Shown here one piece after another: positions 49,459-59,664 of a stretch of DNA of 64,000 nt; positions within the stretch are counted from its first letter, which is position 1; each line of letters opens with the position of its first letter. The position numbers were made by a program, and so were the translations under genes. Origin of the DNA: Sediminibacterium sp. (GTDB lineage: Bacteria; Bacteroidota; Bacteroidia; Chitinophagales; Chitinophagaceae); NCBI GenBank assembly GCA_017983845.1, contig JAGOAO010000006.1:15281-79280 (forward strand), given 5' to 3'. The notes under the pieces were generated by a model. That model was not told the DNA's origin, made no database searches, and saw nothing but the letters and a program-made list of their open reading frames with translations.

Positions 49459-50198
49459 GCAGGATTGTGTTTTAAATAATGCGCTGCCATTATCTCATAA
49501 GCCAATTCCTTTAAAGACTGAACTGTATGCCCTTCAGTCGCTATTGGAGCTAATATGTCCATTTGTATTTTACCAGGTCTAAAACACATGGCTGGATAAG
49601 CGGGTAATATTTTCTTCGTGTTTAATAAAACTACTGGAACGATTGGTTTCTGTGTATCAATCGCTAATTTAAATGCCCCATCATAAAACGACTTCAAAGG
49701 AGCACTGGTTTTATTTCTTGTACCTTCTGGATAAATTAACATGTCTAATCCTACACCTAAAACCCTTTTCATTTCCTCGAAACTTTCTCTTCTGCTTTGA
49801 TTGTCTTTTCTGTCTACAATAACAGATCCAAATTTATAGACCCATCCGAAAACAGGAACATAGACAAAGCTTTTTTTAGCAATTGTTTTATTCGCTCTAG
49901 GTAAAAACGGTGTGCTAACCGGGACATCAATTAAGCTATTGTGATTGCATATGACAATAGCAGGGCCTATTCCCTCAAAATGATATTTCCCTGTTACTTT
50001 AAAGCTACATCCTGACAAGGTCAGAAACAAACCCATCCATAATCTAGAGATCCTTCTGTGCCATTTTGTTTTATTGGGTTCTGGTAAAAAGAAGCAGGGT
50101 AGGTAAAACCAGATAAAAATAAACATAGTCGAAGCAAAAACGAGTAATGCCCAGCAAGCCATGATACGTCCAATGAATCTTGTAACTTTTTGTGTCAT
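49455..50198 (-). CDS. lysophospholipid acyltransferase (PlsC family)
   Basis: NHNSLID (HX4D), YPEGTRN and FYDGAF. Confidence 0.9.
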   Translation of the reverse strand: MTQKVTRFIGRIMACWALLVFASTMFIFIWFYLPCFFLPEPNKTKWHRRISRLWMGLFLTLSGCSFKVTGKYHFEGIGPAIVICNHNSLIDVPVSTPFLPRANKTIAKKSFVYVPVFGWVYKFGSVIVDRKDNQSRRESFEEMKRVLGVGLDMLIYPEGTRNKTSAPLKSFYDGAFKLAIDTQKPIVPVVLLNTKKILPAYPAMCFRPGKIQMDILAPIATEGHTVQSLKELAYEIMAAHYLKHNPA

Positions 50199-50199
50199 A

Positions 50200-50871
50200 T
50201 TATATAGTCCAATCGATTGGGTCTTTTTTTACTTGAATTAAATATTGATTTGTTGCGCTAAAATGTTTACAACCAAAAAAACCATTATAAGCACTTAAAG
50301 GAGAAGGATGTGCCGCTCTTAAAATTTTATGTTTTGTGGCGTCTATTAGTATTTGTTTTTGACTTGCATAATTTCCCCATAGAATGAAAACAAGATCAGA
50401 CTTTTCGTTCGATAATAATTTGATTAGATCATCTGTAAATTGTGTCCATCCAATTTTACTATGACTGCCTGGTTCATCCGCTCTTACTGTTAATGCGGAG
50501 TTCAATAATAAGACACCTTGCTTTGCCCAATGGGTTAAATCCCCGGATTCTGGTATTGGCATACCAATATCCTTGTTCAATTCTTTATAGATATTCAATA
50601 AGGAAGGGGGTATTTTACAACCAACTGGAACAGAAAAACTAAGCCCCATTGCTTGTCCTGGTTGGTGATAGGGGTCTTGTCCAAGAATCACCACTTTTAC
50701 TTGATCAAATGGAGTGTTGTTAAATGCATTAAAAATTAAACTTCCTTTTGGGTAAATGGTTCTATTTAGCGCTTTTTCGGTTTTAAGGTGCGCGGTAATC
50801 TGAGTAAAATAGGGACGCTCAAATAAGGGCGTCAATGCTTTTTTCCAACTGTCTTCTATTTTAACCTCCAT
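50200..50871 (-). CDS. ung: uracil-DNA glycosylase
   Basis: VILGQDPYH, GVLLLN and AHPSPLSA. Confidence 0.97.
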   Translation of the reverse strand: MEVKIEDSWKKALTPLFERPYFTQITAHLKTEKALNRTIYPKGSLIFNAFNNTPFDQVKVVILGQDPYHQPGQAMGLSFSVPVGCKIPPSLLNIYKELNKDIGMPIPESGDLTHWAKQGVLLLNSALTVRADEPGSHSKIGWTQFTDDLIKLLSNEKSDLVFILWGNYASQKQILIDATKHKILRAAHPSPLSAYNGFFGCKHFSATNQYLIQVKKDPIDWTI

Positions 50872-50915
50872 AATGACTAAATTACATCTTTTAGTTATAA
50901 AATAGTCGGTTTGAT

Positions 50916-52064
50916 ATGAAAAAGGGGTTCCTGTTTATTACAATGTTGGTAATTTCAATAGGGCTGTATGCAGCTCCTGCATTGAATGACTCTATTGTAG
51001 ACCAAAGAAAAGCATTGTTACAATTAATTGCAGATTTGCAAACTAAGAATGATCCAACAAATTTAAATGGTTCATTTCCATCCTATAGAAAATATTTTTT
51101 TAGCAATCAATTAAAACCAGAAGACAACGTTTTTTTTACTTCATTGGTGTTGTTTAATCTAGGACAGTTTAAGGATAAAATGCATCCAGAAGAACTGGCA
51201 TTATTGGATCAATGCAAAACAAATGCATTGCCTTATTTAGATCGATTTAAAAATAAAAAAAACCAACTAACTTATAATTTTTGGCCTAGGAATCCTCCTC
51301 AGATTTTTCCGAATGGCGGTTGGTTAAATTTGTTTAATCAAAAATTCGCTTTAGCAGATGATATTGATGATGCATCCATCACTTTATTGGCATTAGGAGT
51401 AACTGATTCTCTTGCTAAAGCCATGCAGACAAAATTTGGCGCTTTTAGGGTGGGTTTGATTAAATCCAATCGTAGTTTTTACAAAGCCTATAAAAATAAA
51501 CCAGTATATAGTACTTGGCTGGGTCATAAAATGCCAAAAGATGTTGACCTATCTGTTTTATCAAATGTATTGTTGATGCATACCATTGCAAAAATTCCTT
51601 TGAATGCGACTGATTCTGCTAGTTTAGATTTAATTGTGGATTTAATGAAGGAGAATAAACATCTTAAAGATCCAAAATTTGTTTCTCAGCATTATGCAAA
51701 TACTGCAACAATTCTTTACCATGTTGCTAGGTTGATATATTATTCGGATTATCCTCCCTTACTTGCATTGAAACCAATCTTGCTTGATCAAACTAAGTCA
51801 ATGTTAACGCAGTCCAAATATCCTTTGGAGCAGCTGTTGTTGAATACAAGTATATTAAGACTAGGTGGGGAGGTAGAATTGCCTTCTGATACTGCGAGTT
51901 TATCAACGAATAATTATCCTTATTTCGTGGCGAATATTGCTTCGGTGTTGAATAATCCTTTTAAGCGGATTGTCAATCAATCCAACATAGTACGATTTGA
52001 TTATTTTTCTTATGCTTTTAATTTGTCTTTATTATATGAAAATTGGATGTTAAGGGTGGATTAG
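50916..52064 (+). CDS. hypothetical exported protein with a DxDD motif (terpene-cyclase/prenyltransferase-like alpha-alpha toroid, tentative)
   Basis: Signal peptide; LADDIDDASITLLAL and DVDLSVLSNVL helical motifs. Confidence 0.5.
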   Translation: MKKGFLFITMLVISIGLYAAPALNDSIVDQRKALLQLIADLQTKNDPTNLNGSFPSYRKYFFSNQLKPEDNVFFTSLVLFNLGQFKDKMHPEELALLDQCKTNALPYLDRFKNKKNQLTYNFWPRNPPQIFPNGGWLNLFNQKFALADDIDDASITLLALGVTDSLAKAMQTKFGAFRVGLIKSNRSFYKAYKNKPVYSTWLGHKMPKDVDLSVLSNVLLMHTIAKIPLNATDSASLDLIVDLMKENKHLKDPKFVSQHYANTATILYHVARLIYYSDYPPLLALKPILLDQTKSMLTQSKYPLEQLLLNTSILRLGGEVELPSDTASLSTNNYPYFVANIASVLNNPFKRIVNQSNIVRFDYFSYAFNLSLLYENWMLRVD

Positions 52065-52190
52065 GATTGCCGTCGTTGCACTCCGGCCTCCCTTTAGTGA
52101 CTTTCATCAAAGCCTTTCAAAAGTACGCTATGCGTACTTTTTGCTTTTGTATGTTTCGTCTGCGCCTTCAAGCGAGCTTGAGGCACATCC
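52064..52190 (-). repeat. structured multi-hairpin element downstream of tRNA-Arg (copy B; related to 25172-25304)
   Basis: Same ordered blocks and hairpins as copy A, with different stem sequences. Confidence 0.6.
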
Positions 52191-52199
52191 TTACATACA

Positions 52200-52227
52200 A
52201 AAGCCTGTCACTTTCGTGACAGGCTTT
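52200..52227 (-). terminator. Rho-independent terminator of tRNA-Arg
   Basis: AAAGCCTGTCAC-GAAA-GTGACAGGCTTT perfect stem with a GNRA loop on the minus strand. Confidence 0.85.
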
Positions 52228-52228
52228 G

Positions 52229-52302
52229 TGATTCGGATTGGATTCGAACCAATGGCCCTCATCTTAGAAGGATGACGCTCTATCCAGCTGAGCTACCGAA
52301 CC
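52229..52302 (-). tRNA. tRNA-Arg(TCT)
   Basis: GGTTCGGTAGCTCAGCTGGATAGAGCG-TCATC-CT-TCT-AA-GATGA...GGTTCGAATCC...CCGAATCA; CCA is not encoded. Confidence 0.97.
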
Positions 52303-52395
52303 ATCTTCCCCCCAATTCAAATATTCTCCTTGGGGTTGCAAAATAAAGAAATAATAAGCGTTTTTCAAAGAAATTTTAGCTCAAATTGATCTAAA

Positions 52396-53121
52396 TCAAT
52401 CCTTTCCTATTAAATCACGAATCACGACACTCGCTACAGTACAGCCAAATATTGCTGGCATATAGCTTAATGTACCAATAATAGACTTTTTAGGGAACGC
52501 TTTCTCAGTCACGATGATTTTGTCCTGGTCTGCTTTTTCTGGGCTAAATACTACTTTTAAGCCCTTTTTAATGCCTAGAGATTGTAGTCTTTTTCTAACA
52601 TATCTAGCTAAGTTGCAAATATATGTTTTGGAGATATCAGTCACTTTTATCTGACTTGGATCTACTTTACCGCCAGCGCCCATCGAACTTACAATAGGTA
52701 AATTACGGTCAATGCAACCTTTAATTAAAAAGGTTTTCGCTGATAAAGTATCAATACAATCTACCACATAATCCCATTGTGTACTATCTAATAAATCTCT
52801 TGTAAGCTCCTCTTTGATGAATATTTCTAAAACGGTCAAATCTAATGCTGGGTTGATATCCTTAAGCCTGGTACCCAGCACTTGCGCTTTGGGCATGCCA
52901 GCAGTTGAATGTAAGGCTGGAATCTGTCTATTGATATTGCTTGGGTCAATGGTATCATTGTCCACAATGGTCATTTTGCCCACTCCTGCACGAACAATCA
53001 TTTCGGCACAAATACCACCCACACCTCCTAGGCCAACAATTAATACATTTTTACCCATTAAGGAATTTATGCTTTCTGCGCCTAACATCAGTTCAGTTCT
53101 ACTCATCCAATAGGGTATCAT
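52396..53121 (-). CDS. tcdA: tRNA threonylcarbamoyladenosine dehydratase (ThiF/E1-like)
   Basis: VGLGGVGG, VDNDTIDPSNINRQ, YVVDCID, SSMGAGGK and VVFSPE. Confidence 0.88.
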   Translation of the reverse strand: MIPYWMSRTELMLGAESINSLMGKNVLIVGLGGVGGICAEMIVRAGVGKMTIVDNDTIDPSNINRQIPALHSTAGMPKAQVLGTRLKDINPALDLTVLEIFIKEELTRDLLDSTQWDYVVDCIDTLSAKTFLIKGCIDRNLPIVSSMGAGGKVDPSQIKVTDISKTYICNLARYVRKRLQSLGIKKGLKVVFSPEKADQDKIIVTEKAFPKKSIIGTLSYMPAIFGCTVASVVIRDLIGKD

Positions 53122-53154
53122 ATCGTATCTTTATCCTGCAAAAATCATAAAACC

Positions 53155-54204
53155 ATGTCTATTTCTAAAATCTTTTTTATAGGCTTTTTATTTATTAGTT
53201 CTTTTGTCTCTGGTCAATATCAGATTCAAGAATTAACCACACAAAAAGGGGTAAGTATAAGAGCATTATCAGTGCCTACTGAAAGTGTTATTTGGGCTAG
53301 TGGATCTAAGGGGATGATTGCAAAATCAACCAATGAGGGTAAAAGCTTTGAGTGGATGCAAGTAAAAGGATATGAAAAAAGGGATTTTAGAGCAATGCAT
53401 GCTTGGAACGACAAAGAAGCAATCATTGTTGCTGTTGCGTCACCTGCAATTATTTTAAAAACAAAAGACGGAGGTGCTTCATGGTATAAAGTGTATGAAA
53501 ATCAGGATACTGCAATGTTTCTAGATGCCATACATTTTACTAATGCAAATAATGGTACAATCGTTGGAGATCCTGTGGATGGCTTACTATTTATGCTAAC
53601 AACAAATAATAAAGGTGAGCATTGGTCTAAACTACCATCCACTTATTTTACATCCAACTTAAAAAATGGAGAAGCATTTTTTGCATCAAGTAATTCTAAC
53701 TTAGTACAAGTGGGTAAATCACTTATTATGGTAACAGGAGGATTATCAAGTAGATTATGGATGAATGGAGCAGCTTACGAAATGCCGATCATTCAAGGCA
53801 CAAATTCAACTGGTGCCAATAGTGTAGCAGTTTCACCCAATCAACAAAAATTAATTGTAGTGGGTGGTGACTTTACACAAGACAAAAAATCAGAATCCAA
53901 TATTGTAGGATATAGATTATTGCTTGAACCATCCTCTGACAAAAAACATTTAACCCAAAAGAAAATGATTTTGCAGTCTTTAAAATTGTCCTCCCCAAAT
54001 GGGTATAAATCTTCTATTGCTTTTATAAATAATCAATTATTAATTACTTGTGGTACTTCTGGCGTGGACATTTCTGAAGATGCAGGAAAATCATGGCAAA
54101 AAATTAGTGATTCCTCTTATCATGTAGTAAAAAAACATGCTAATTTACAAGGGGCTTTCTTGGCCGGATCTGGTGGAAGAATTGGGTACATTCGATTCAA
54201 ATAG
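53155..54204 (+). CDS. BNR/Ycf48-like beta-propeller exported protein
   Basis: Asp-box repeats STNEGKSF, TKDGGASW, TNNKGEHW and SEDAGKSW; signal peptide ending VSG/Q. Confidence 0.8.
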   Translation: MSISKIFFIGFLFISSFVSGQYQIQELTTQKGVSIRALSVPTESVIWASGSKGMIAKSTNEGKSFEWMQVKGYEKRDFRAMHAWNDKEAIIVAVASPAIILKTKDGGASWYKVYENQDTAMFLDAIHFTNANNGTIVGDPVDGLLFMLTTNNKGEHWSKLPSTYFTSNLKNGEAFFASSNSNLVQVGKSLIMVTGGLSSRLWMNGAAYEMPIIQGTNSTGANSVAVSPNQQKLIVVGGDFTQDKKSESNIVGYRLLLEPSSDKKHLTQKKMILQSLKLSSPNGYKSSIAFINNQLLITCGTSGVDISEDAGKSWQKISDSSYHVVKKHANLQGAFLAGSGGRIGYIRFK

Positions 54205-54285
54205 TTTAGACAGTTTTTACTGAATGCGAAATTTAACATTCTGGTTGTTTGTAGATTTATCAACTTGTATTAATTTAGTAAAAGG

Positions 54286-54576
54286 ATGAAAAAGTACCAA
54301 TCTATCATATCATTTGACATGGACGAGGAGTTTATGACCCTTGTACCTGCGCATAGAACTTATATCAACTTTCTTTTAAATAAAGGCACAATTGAAACCT
54401 ATTCTGTAAGTATGGAATCCCAGCAATCTTGGATTACTATTAATGCGAATTCTAAGACAGAAGTAGAAGAATTATTACAAAAATCCCCTTTATCTAAGTA
54501 TTGGAGCTTTGAAATAGTAGAATTATTTGTTTACGATAGCCAGTCCAATAGGCTTCCAGCGGTTCAATTAAATTAA
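54286..54576 (+). CDS. small protein, muconolactone isomerase-like/YCII dimeric alpha-beta barrel (tentative)
   Basis: VPAHRTYIN, SYSVS-like TYSVSME, LLQKSPL pattern; 96 aa. Confidence 0.5.
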   Translation: MKKYQSIISFDMDEEFMTLVPAHRTYINFLLNKGTIETYSVSMESQQSWITINANSKTEVEELLQKSPLSKYWSFEIVELFVYDSQSNRLPAVQLN

Positions 54577-54611
54577 TTCAACTTTTTTTTGGGAAATTGA
54601 AAATACCCCCT

Positions 54612-54619
54612 TAAATTTG
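54612..54619 (+). promoter_or_regulatory. Bacteroidota sigma-70 -7 element of tRNA-Val
   Basis: TAAATTTG matches TAnnTTTG, 10 nt before the tRNA. Similar boxes occur at 32931, 36480, 38027, 41759, 42133 and 54777. Confidence 0.75.
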
Positions 54620-54629
54620 CACTCCTTAA

Positions 54630-54704
54630 GGGAGCATAGCTCAGTTGGTTCAGAGCATCTCGTTTACACCGAGAGGGTCCGCGGTTCGAGCCCGTGTGCT
54701 CCCA
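54630..54704 (+). tRNA. tRNA-Val(TAC)
   Basis: GGGAGCATAGCTCAGTTGGTTCAGAGCA-TCTCG-TT-TAC-AC-CGAGA...GGTTCGAGCCC...TGCTCCCA; CCA is not encoded. Confidence 0.97.
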
Positions 54705-54708
54705 CAAA

Positions 54709-54747
54709 GAATCCTCAACATATCAATTAAGATTGTTGGGGATTTTT
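54709..54747 (+). terminator. probable terminator after tRNA-Val
   Basis: AATCCTCAACA...TGTTGGGGATT stem followed by a T run. Confidence 0.7.
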
Positions 54748-54788
54748 GCTTTTATAGCCTTTTATAATAATTGAACTAATTTTGTCTT

Positions 54789-55973
54789 ATGCAAGTATTC
54801 ACAACCCGAAATAAAATCATCATTACCTGTAATAAATGGTTGGCTACAGCATTAAGAGCCGAAGTAATTGGTTTAGGTTTTGACGTAGATAGGGTTTTTC
54901 AAACTGGTGTAGAATTAACAGGTACATTAAATGATTGTATTCGTTTAAATTTAAATTTAAGGACGGCAAGTCAGGTAATGTATTCTTTAAAATCGTTCAT
55001 TTGCAATGATCCCAATGAACTGCATCAAAATTTAGTGACCATCCCTTGGGAAACCATGATTCAACCCGATGGCTATTTCTCGGTCATAAGCAATGTGTTT
55101 AATGACACCATTTCTACCAATTTATTTGCTAATCTACGTGTCAAAGATGCGGTGGTAGATAGGATGCGAGATACAACAGGTAAGAGACCTTCTACTGGAT
55201 CGGAATTAACAGGAGCGGTGGTGTATTTATTTTGGAAAAATGATGAAGCAGAAGTCTTCTTGGATACATCTGGAGATTCTTTAGCAAGACATGGATATAG
55301 AAAATTACCAGGCAGAGCGCCAATGCTAGAGGCTTTGGCAGCTGCTACTATCTTATCTACAAAATGGAATAAATTTGGTGCATTTGTGAATCCAATGTGT
55401 GGTTCAGGAACTTTGGCGATTGAAGCAGCATTAATTGCTACCAAGAGAGCCCCTGGTTTATTTAGAAATAACTATGCTTTCATGCACATTATTGGATATG
55501 ACAAAAAGATATACGAGCAAGAAAGAACAATTATAGTAGAACAGGTAAGGGTGCTACCTAATCTAGTTATTATCGCATCTGATATTAGTAAAGAGGCAAT
55601 TAAAGTAGCTAAAATCAATGCATCTGTTGCAGGTGTAGAAGATTTAATTGACTTTCAAGTATGCGATTTTGAATTGACTGAAATGCCAGAACCTGAAGAA
55701 GGTGCGATTGTGATGATTAATCCTGAATATGGAGATAGATTAGGGGAGGAAGTTGAATTGGAAGCAACTTATGCACGCATGGGAGATTATATGAAAAATA
55801 AGTGCAAAGGGATGACGGGCTATATCTTTACTGGAAATTTAGATCTTGCGAAAAAGATTCGTTTAAAACCTAGTCGTAGAATTGAATTTTTTAATGCAAC
55901 AATTGACTGTAGGTTATTGGAATATGAATTATATGCTGGTACTAAAAGAACAGATAAATTGGTGGCTGAATAA
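54789..55973 (+). CDS. THUMP-domain class I SAM-dependent RNA methyltransferase (RlmL/YpsC-like)
   Basis: LDTSGDSLARHGYR, APMLEALAAA, VNPMCGSGT and INPEYGDRL. Confidence 0.9.
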   Translation: MQVFTTRNKIIITCNKWLATALRAEVIGLGFDVDRVFQTGVELTGTLNDCIRLNLNLRTASQVMYSLKSFICNDPNELHQNLVTIPWETMIQPDGYFSVISNVFNDTISTNLFANLRVKDAVVDRMRDTTGKRPSTGSELTGAVVYLFWKNDEAEVFLDTSGDSLARHGYRKLPGRAPMLEALAAATILSTKWNKFGAFVNPMCGSGTLAIEAALIATKRAPGLFRNNYAFMHIIGYDKKIYEQERTIIVEQVRVLPNLVIIASDISKEAIKVAKINASVAGVEDLIDFQVCDFELTEMPEPEEGAIVMINPEYGDRLGEEVELEATYARMGDYMKNKCKGMTGYIFTGNLDLAKKIRLKPSRRIEFFNATIDCRLLEYELYAGTKRTDKLVAE

Positions 55974-55974
55974 A

Positions 55975-57111
55975 CTATTCACCATATAAAAGAAAAGGTT
56001 CCATTTTTTGTCTCCAATGGTTCACTCTTAATAATTTTGACAATTGTTGAAGCCAATCCTTTAGTGGTAAATCAAAGAGTTTCTCAGCATTGGGTATTCC
56101 CAATAATTTGGACAAATGTCCTTCACCTGTTTTATTATGTTCTGTGGGATAAGGCGCCCATATAAAATCTGCGGGGTGTATATCCTTGATTAATTTTAAC
56201 ATAATAAGTCCATTCATTACAGCCTTATAGTTGGAAGGTTCTTTTACTTTTAAACGTACTGCTTCTTTTAATGGCTCTATTTTTAAATCATCCCCTAATA
56301 CTTGATTCATAATAGCTGTAAGTGTATCTACTTTTAACCATGGTGCGCCAATCCATTCAAATGAAAAAGCAGTATCTCTTCCTATAGATAAATTGGTGGC
56401 TTCAAAAAAACATAAACCTGGATACAATAAACAAGATTCAAAATTTTGGATTGCAGGGGATGTTTTAACCCATGGTAAACCCCATTCAAAAAAAGTATGC
56501 CATCTTTTCCATCCACTACATTTCACAATTTCTATATCCGCTTTCCAATCCATTAGATGATTAAAATAAAGTGCCAATTCTCCTAAAGTCGCTTGATGTT
56601 TAACGGGGATACTAAATCTGCCAATAAAACTACTGACTGCTGGATCTAACAATGGGCCTTCAGCTAAATCAAAATTTCCTGATAAAGGATTTGGACGATC
56701 GAGTAGTACTATTTTTTTATTGTATTTGGCTGCAGCTTCTACAAAATAAGACATTGACCATAGGAATGTATAAAATCTTGTACCTGCATCTGGTACATCA
56801 AAAAGAAGTAGATCTATATTTTCAAGATCTGTAGCTTCGGGAGCAAATTTGTTCCCATATAAACTTACAATGGGCAAATGGGTAATTGGATCCAATCCAT
56901 CTTTCATGAATGCACCATCTTTCCCATTGGTGTCTATGCCATGTTCAGGTGAAAATAACTGCACCAAATTAAAACCTTGGTCAATCAATGCCTTTCTACT
57001 TGGTATACCATCGCATGTTTTTGCAGCATCATTGGTTAACATGCCAATTCTCAGCTGTTTCCATGAAGGCTTTAGAAGCAATAAATGATCTACTCCAAAT
57101 TGAACAGACAT
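55975..57111 (-). CDS. exo-beta-N-acetylmuramidase NamZ family (DUF1343)
   Basis: LFSPEHG, SLYG, LFDVPDAGTRFYT, LDRPNPL and TSPAI motifs. Confidence 0.85.
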   Translation of the reverse strand: MSVQFGVDHLLLLKPSWKQLRIGMLTNDAAKTCDGIPSRKALIDQGFNLVQLFSPEHGIDTNGKDGAFMKDGLDPITHLPIVSLYGNKFAPEATDLENIDLLLFDVPDAGTRFYTFLWSMSYFVEAAAKYNKKIVLLDRPNPLSGNFDLAEGPLLDPAVSSFIGRFSIPVKHQATLGELALYFNHLMDWKADIEIVKCSGWKRWHTFFEWGLPWVKTSPAIQNFESCLLYPGLCFFEATNLSIGRDTAFSFEWIGAPWLKVDTLTAIMNQVLGDDLKIEPLKEAVRLKVKEPSNYKAVMNGLIMLKLIKDIHPADFIWAPYPTEHNKTGEGHLSKLLGIPNAEKLFDLPLKDWLQQLSKLLRVNHWRQKMEPFLLYGE

Positions 57112-57112
57112 A

Positions 57113-57679
57113 TTAATTTATTTTTTTAATAAAACTAAACCCAGTGTCCTTTTTTAAGGTTTCTACCACATTGAAAATGATAGGACAACGATCATAATGC
57201 ATAAAAGTCGTGAACAACCTTTTATTGAAATCGGGAACATGGAAAGCAGGAAATTCTTTACAACCTGCAAAACGGTGACTATATACTGTGCAACTATTGT
57301 CTTTTAAAAAATGACAAGGAATGGCATTAATAACCATATTGCCTGACTCTCCTTTTGAAAGGTATTTCTCGTCAAATTCAGTTCTATTTTGCCCCAAATG
57401 AGCTGCTAAATGGTTTGCTTCAGCCTCATCTATATTGACCATCAAGCTTTTACAACAATTGCCACAATCTGTACATTCAATTTTTGGCGAGATGGTTTCA
57501 GATAGTTCAAAAACGGCTTTATCTAGTGAATTACTGTCTAAATCCCTCAAAAAGTCCTGAAATGCATCATTTTCGGCTGTTAATTCAACTGCTTTAGTCT
57601 TAATATAGTCTAAATCGACTATCGGGTATGTGTTCGAATGATTGATACTGCAAAGGTAAGAAAATAATCTTTTATCCAC
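57113..57679 (-). CDS. YkgJ-family cysteine-cluster protein
   Basis: CTDCGNCC, PCHFL...CTVY..R...CKEFP; the start may be slightly downstream of the ORF-track start. Confidence 0.82.
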   Translation of the reverse strand: MDKRLFSYLCSINHSNTYPIVDLDYIKTKAVELTAENDAFQDFLRDLDSNSLDKAVFELSETISPKIECTDCGNCCKSLMVNIDEAEANHLAAHLGQNRTEFDEKYLSKGESGNMVINAIPCHFLKDNSCTVYSHRFAGCKEFPAFHVPDFNKRLFTTFMHYDRCPIIFNVVETLKKDTGFSFIKKIN

Positions 57680-57768
57680 ATAATCCCCTTTATTGGCTAA
57701 AACAGGCGCCTGGGTATTAGATTTGCAAACTTACGAGGGCATTTTGTGTCCATAAAGCATTGATAACT

Positions 57769-59664
57769 ATGGCAGAAGTAAAAATACCGGCAGAATATAA
57801 TGAAGACTCCATCCGTTCCCTAGATTGGAAAGAACATATTCGACTTAGACCAGGTATGTATATTGGAAAATTGGGTGATGGAACCGCGCCTGATGATGGT
57901 ATCTATGTATTGATCAAAGAAGTTATTGATAACTGTATCGATGAACATACCATGGGTTATGGTAAACAAGTAGAAATTTCCATTCAAGATAAAACAGTGA
58001 CCATTCGAGATTACGGTAGAGGTATCCCATTGGGAAAAATTGTAGATGTAGTAAGTAAGATCAATACCGGTGCAAAATATGATAGTAAAGCTTTCCAAAA
58101 ATCTGTAGGATTGAATGGAGTAGGTACAAAAGCGGTGAATGCGTTAAGTGACGATTTTGAAGTAACTGCATTTAGAGATGGAAAGCAAAAATCTGCTAGC
58201 TTTAAAAGAGGTCAGTTGATAGAAGAGACTAAGGAAACTAAATCATCTGAGCCCAATGGTACCTTGGTTGTATTTACGCCAGATGCCACTATCTTTAAAA
58301 ACTACCATTTTATTTACGAATACATTGAAAGTCAGTTATGGAATTATTGTTATTTGAATGCTGGTTTAGTGATTCATTTCAACGATAAAAAATTTGTAAG
58401 TAAAAACGGCTTGTTGGATTTGTTAGAACGCAAAACCAATCCAGACGAACTAAGGTATCCTATCATTCATTTAAAAGGTGAAGATATTGAAGTGGCTGTG
58501 TCCCATAACAATGATTATGGCGAAGACATTTTCTCATTTGTAAATGGTCAATATACCACACAGGGAGGTACACACCAACAAGCATTTAGAGAAGCCTATG
58601 TAAAAGTGATCCGTGATTTTTATAAGAAGGATTATGAAGCTTCTGATATTAGAACAAGTATTGTTGCTGCAGTTTCTGTTCGTGTTCAAGAGCCTGTATT
58701 TGAGAGTCAAACTAAGACTAAATTAGGTTCTCAGAATGTGGCAGATGGCGGCCCAAGTATGAAGAATTTCGTCACTGAATTTTTGGCTAAGGAATTGGAT
58801 AATTTCTTACACAGAAATCCATCAGTTGCAGATGCTTTAAAGAAGAGAATAGAACAAAATGAACGTGAGCGTAAGGAGTTGGCTGGTATCAAGAAATTGG
58901 CGAATGAAAGAGCTAAAAAAGCCAATTTACATAACAAGAAATTAAGAGATTGTAGAGTACACTTGAACGACGAAGTACCTAATAAGAATAAAGAAATATT
59001 TATTTCCACTCAGCAAAATAGCACCTTATTTATTACCGAGGGAGACTCTGCAAGTGGAAGTATTACGAAGTCGAGAAACGTGGATACACAAGCTGTATTT
59101 AGCTTAAGAGGTAAACCACTGAATGCATTTGGACTCACTAAAAAAGTTGTGTACGAGAATGAAGAATTCAATCTATTACAACACGCTTTAAATATTGAAG
59201 ATGGTTTAGATGGCTTACGTTATAATAATATTGTGATTGCTACCGATGCCGATGTGGATGGGATGCACATCCGTTTATTGATGTTGACTTTCTTTTTACA
59301 ATTCTTCCCAGACCTGGTAAAAAGAGGCCATGTTTTTGTTTTAGAAACACCCTTATTTCGTGTAAGAAATAAACAAAAAACAATCTACTGTTACGATGAA
59401 TCTGAAAAGCAAAAAGCGATAAGCGAATTAGGAAACAAGCCAGAGATTACACGATTCAAGGGTTTGGGTGAGATTAGTCCAGAAGAATTTGGAAAATTCA
59501 TCAATGCTGATATTAAATTAGCTCCAGTAATTTTAGAACAAGGAGATCATATTCAACATTTGTTAGAATATTATATGGGTAAGAATACCCCAGAAAGACA
59601 AGAGTTCATTATCAATAATTTAAAAGTTGAATTAGATAAAGCAAATGATACACATAGTATTTAA
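57769..59664 (+). CDS. parE: DNA topoisomerase IV subunit B
   Basis: [40 protein letters not shown] and DADVDG; shorter than GyrB; start ATG 57769. Confidence 0.93.
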   Translation: MAEVKIPAEYNEDSIRSLDWKEHIRLRPGMYIGKLGDGTAPDDGIYVLIKEVIDNCIDEHTMGYGKQVEISIQDKTVTIRDYGRGIPLGKIVDVVSKINTGAKYDSKAFQKSVGLNGVGTKAVNALSDDFEVTAFRDGKQKSASFKRGQLIEETKETKSSEPNGTLVVFTPDATIFKNYHFIYEYIESQLWNYCYLNAGLVIHFNDKKFVSKNGLLDLLERKTNPDELRYPIIHLKGEDIEVAVSHNNDYGEDIFSFVNGQYTTQGGTHQQAFREAYVKVIRDFYKKDYEASDIRTSIVAAVSVRVQEPVFESQTKTKLGSQNVADGGPSMKNFVTEFLAKELDNFLHRNPSVADALKKRIEQNERERKELAGIKKLANERAKKANLHNKKLRDCRVHLNDEVPNKNKEIFISTQQNSTLFITEGDSASGSITKSRNVDTQAVFSLRGKPLNAFGLTKKVVYENEEFNLLQHALNIEDGLDGLRYNNIVIATDADVDGMHIRLLMLTFFLQFFPDLVKRGHVFVLETPLFRVRNKQKTIYCYDESEKQKAISELGNKPEITRFKGLGEISPEEFGKFINADIKLAPVILEQGDHIQHLLEYYMGKNTPERQEFIINNLKVELDKANDTHSI

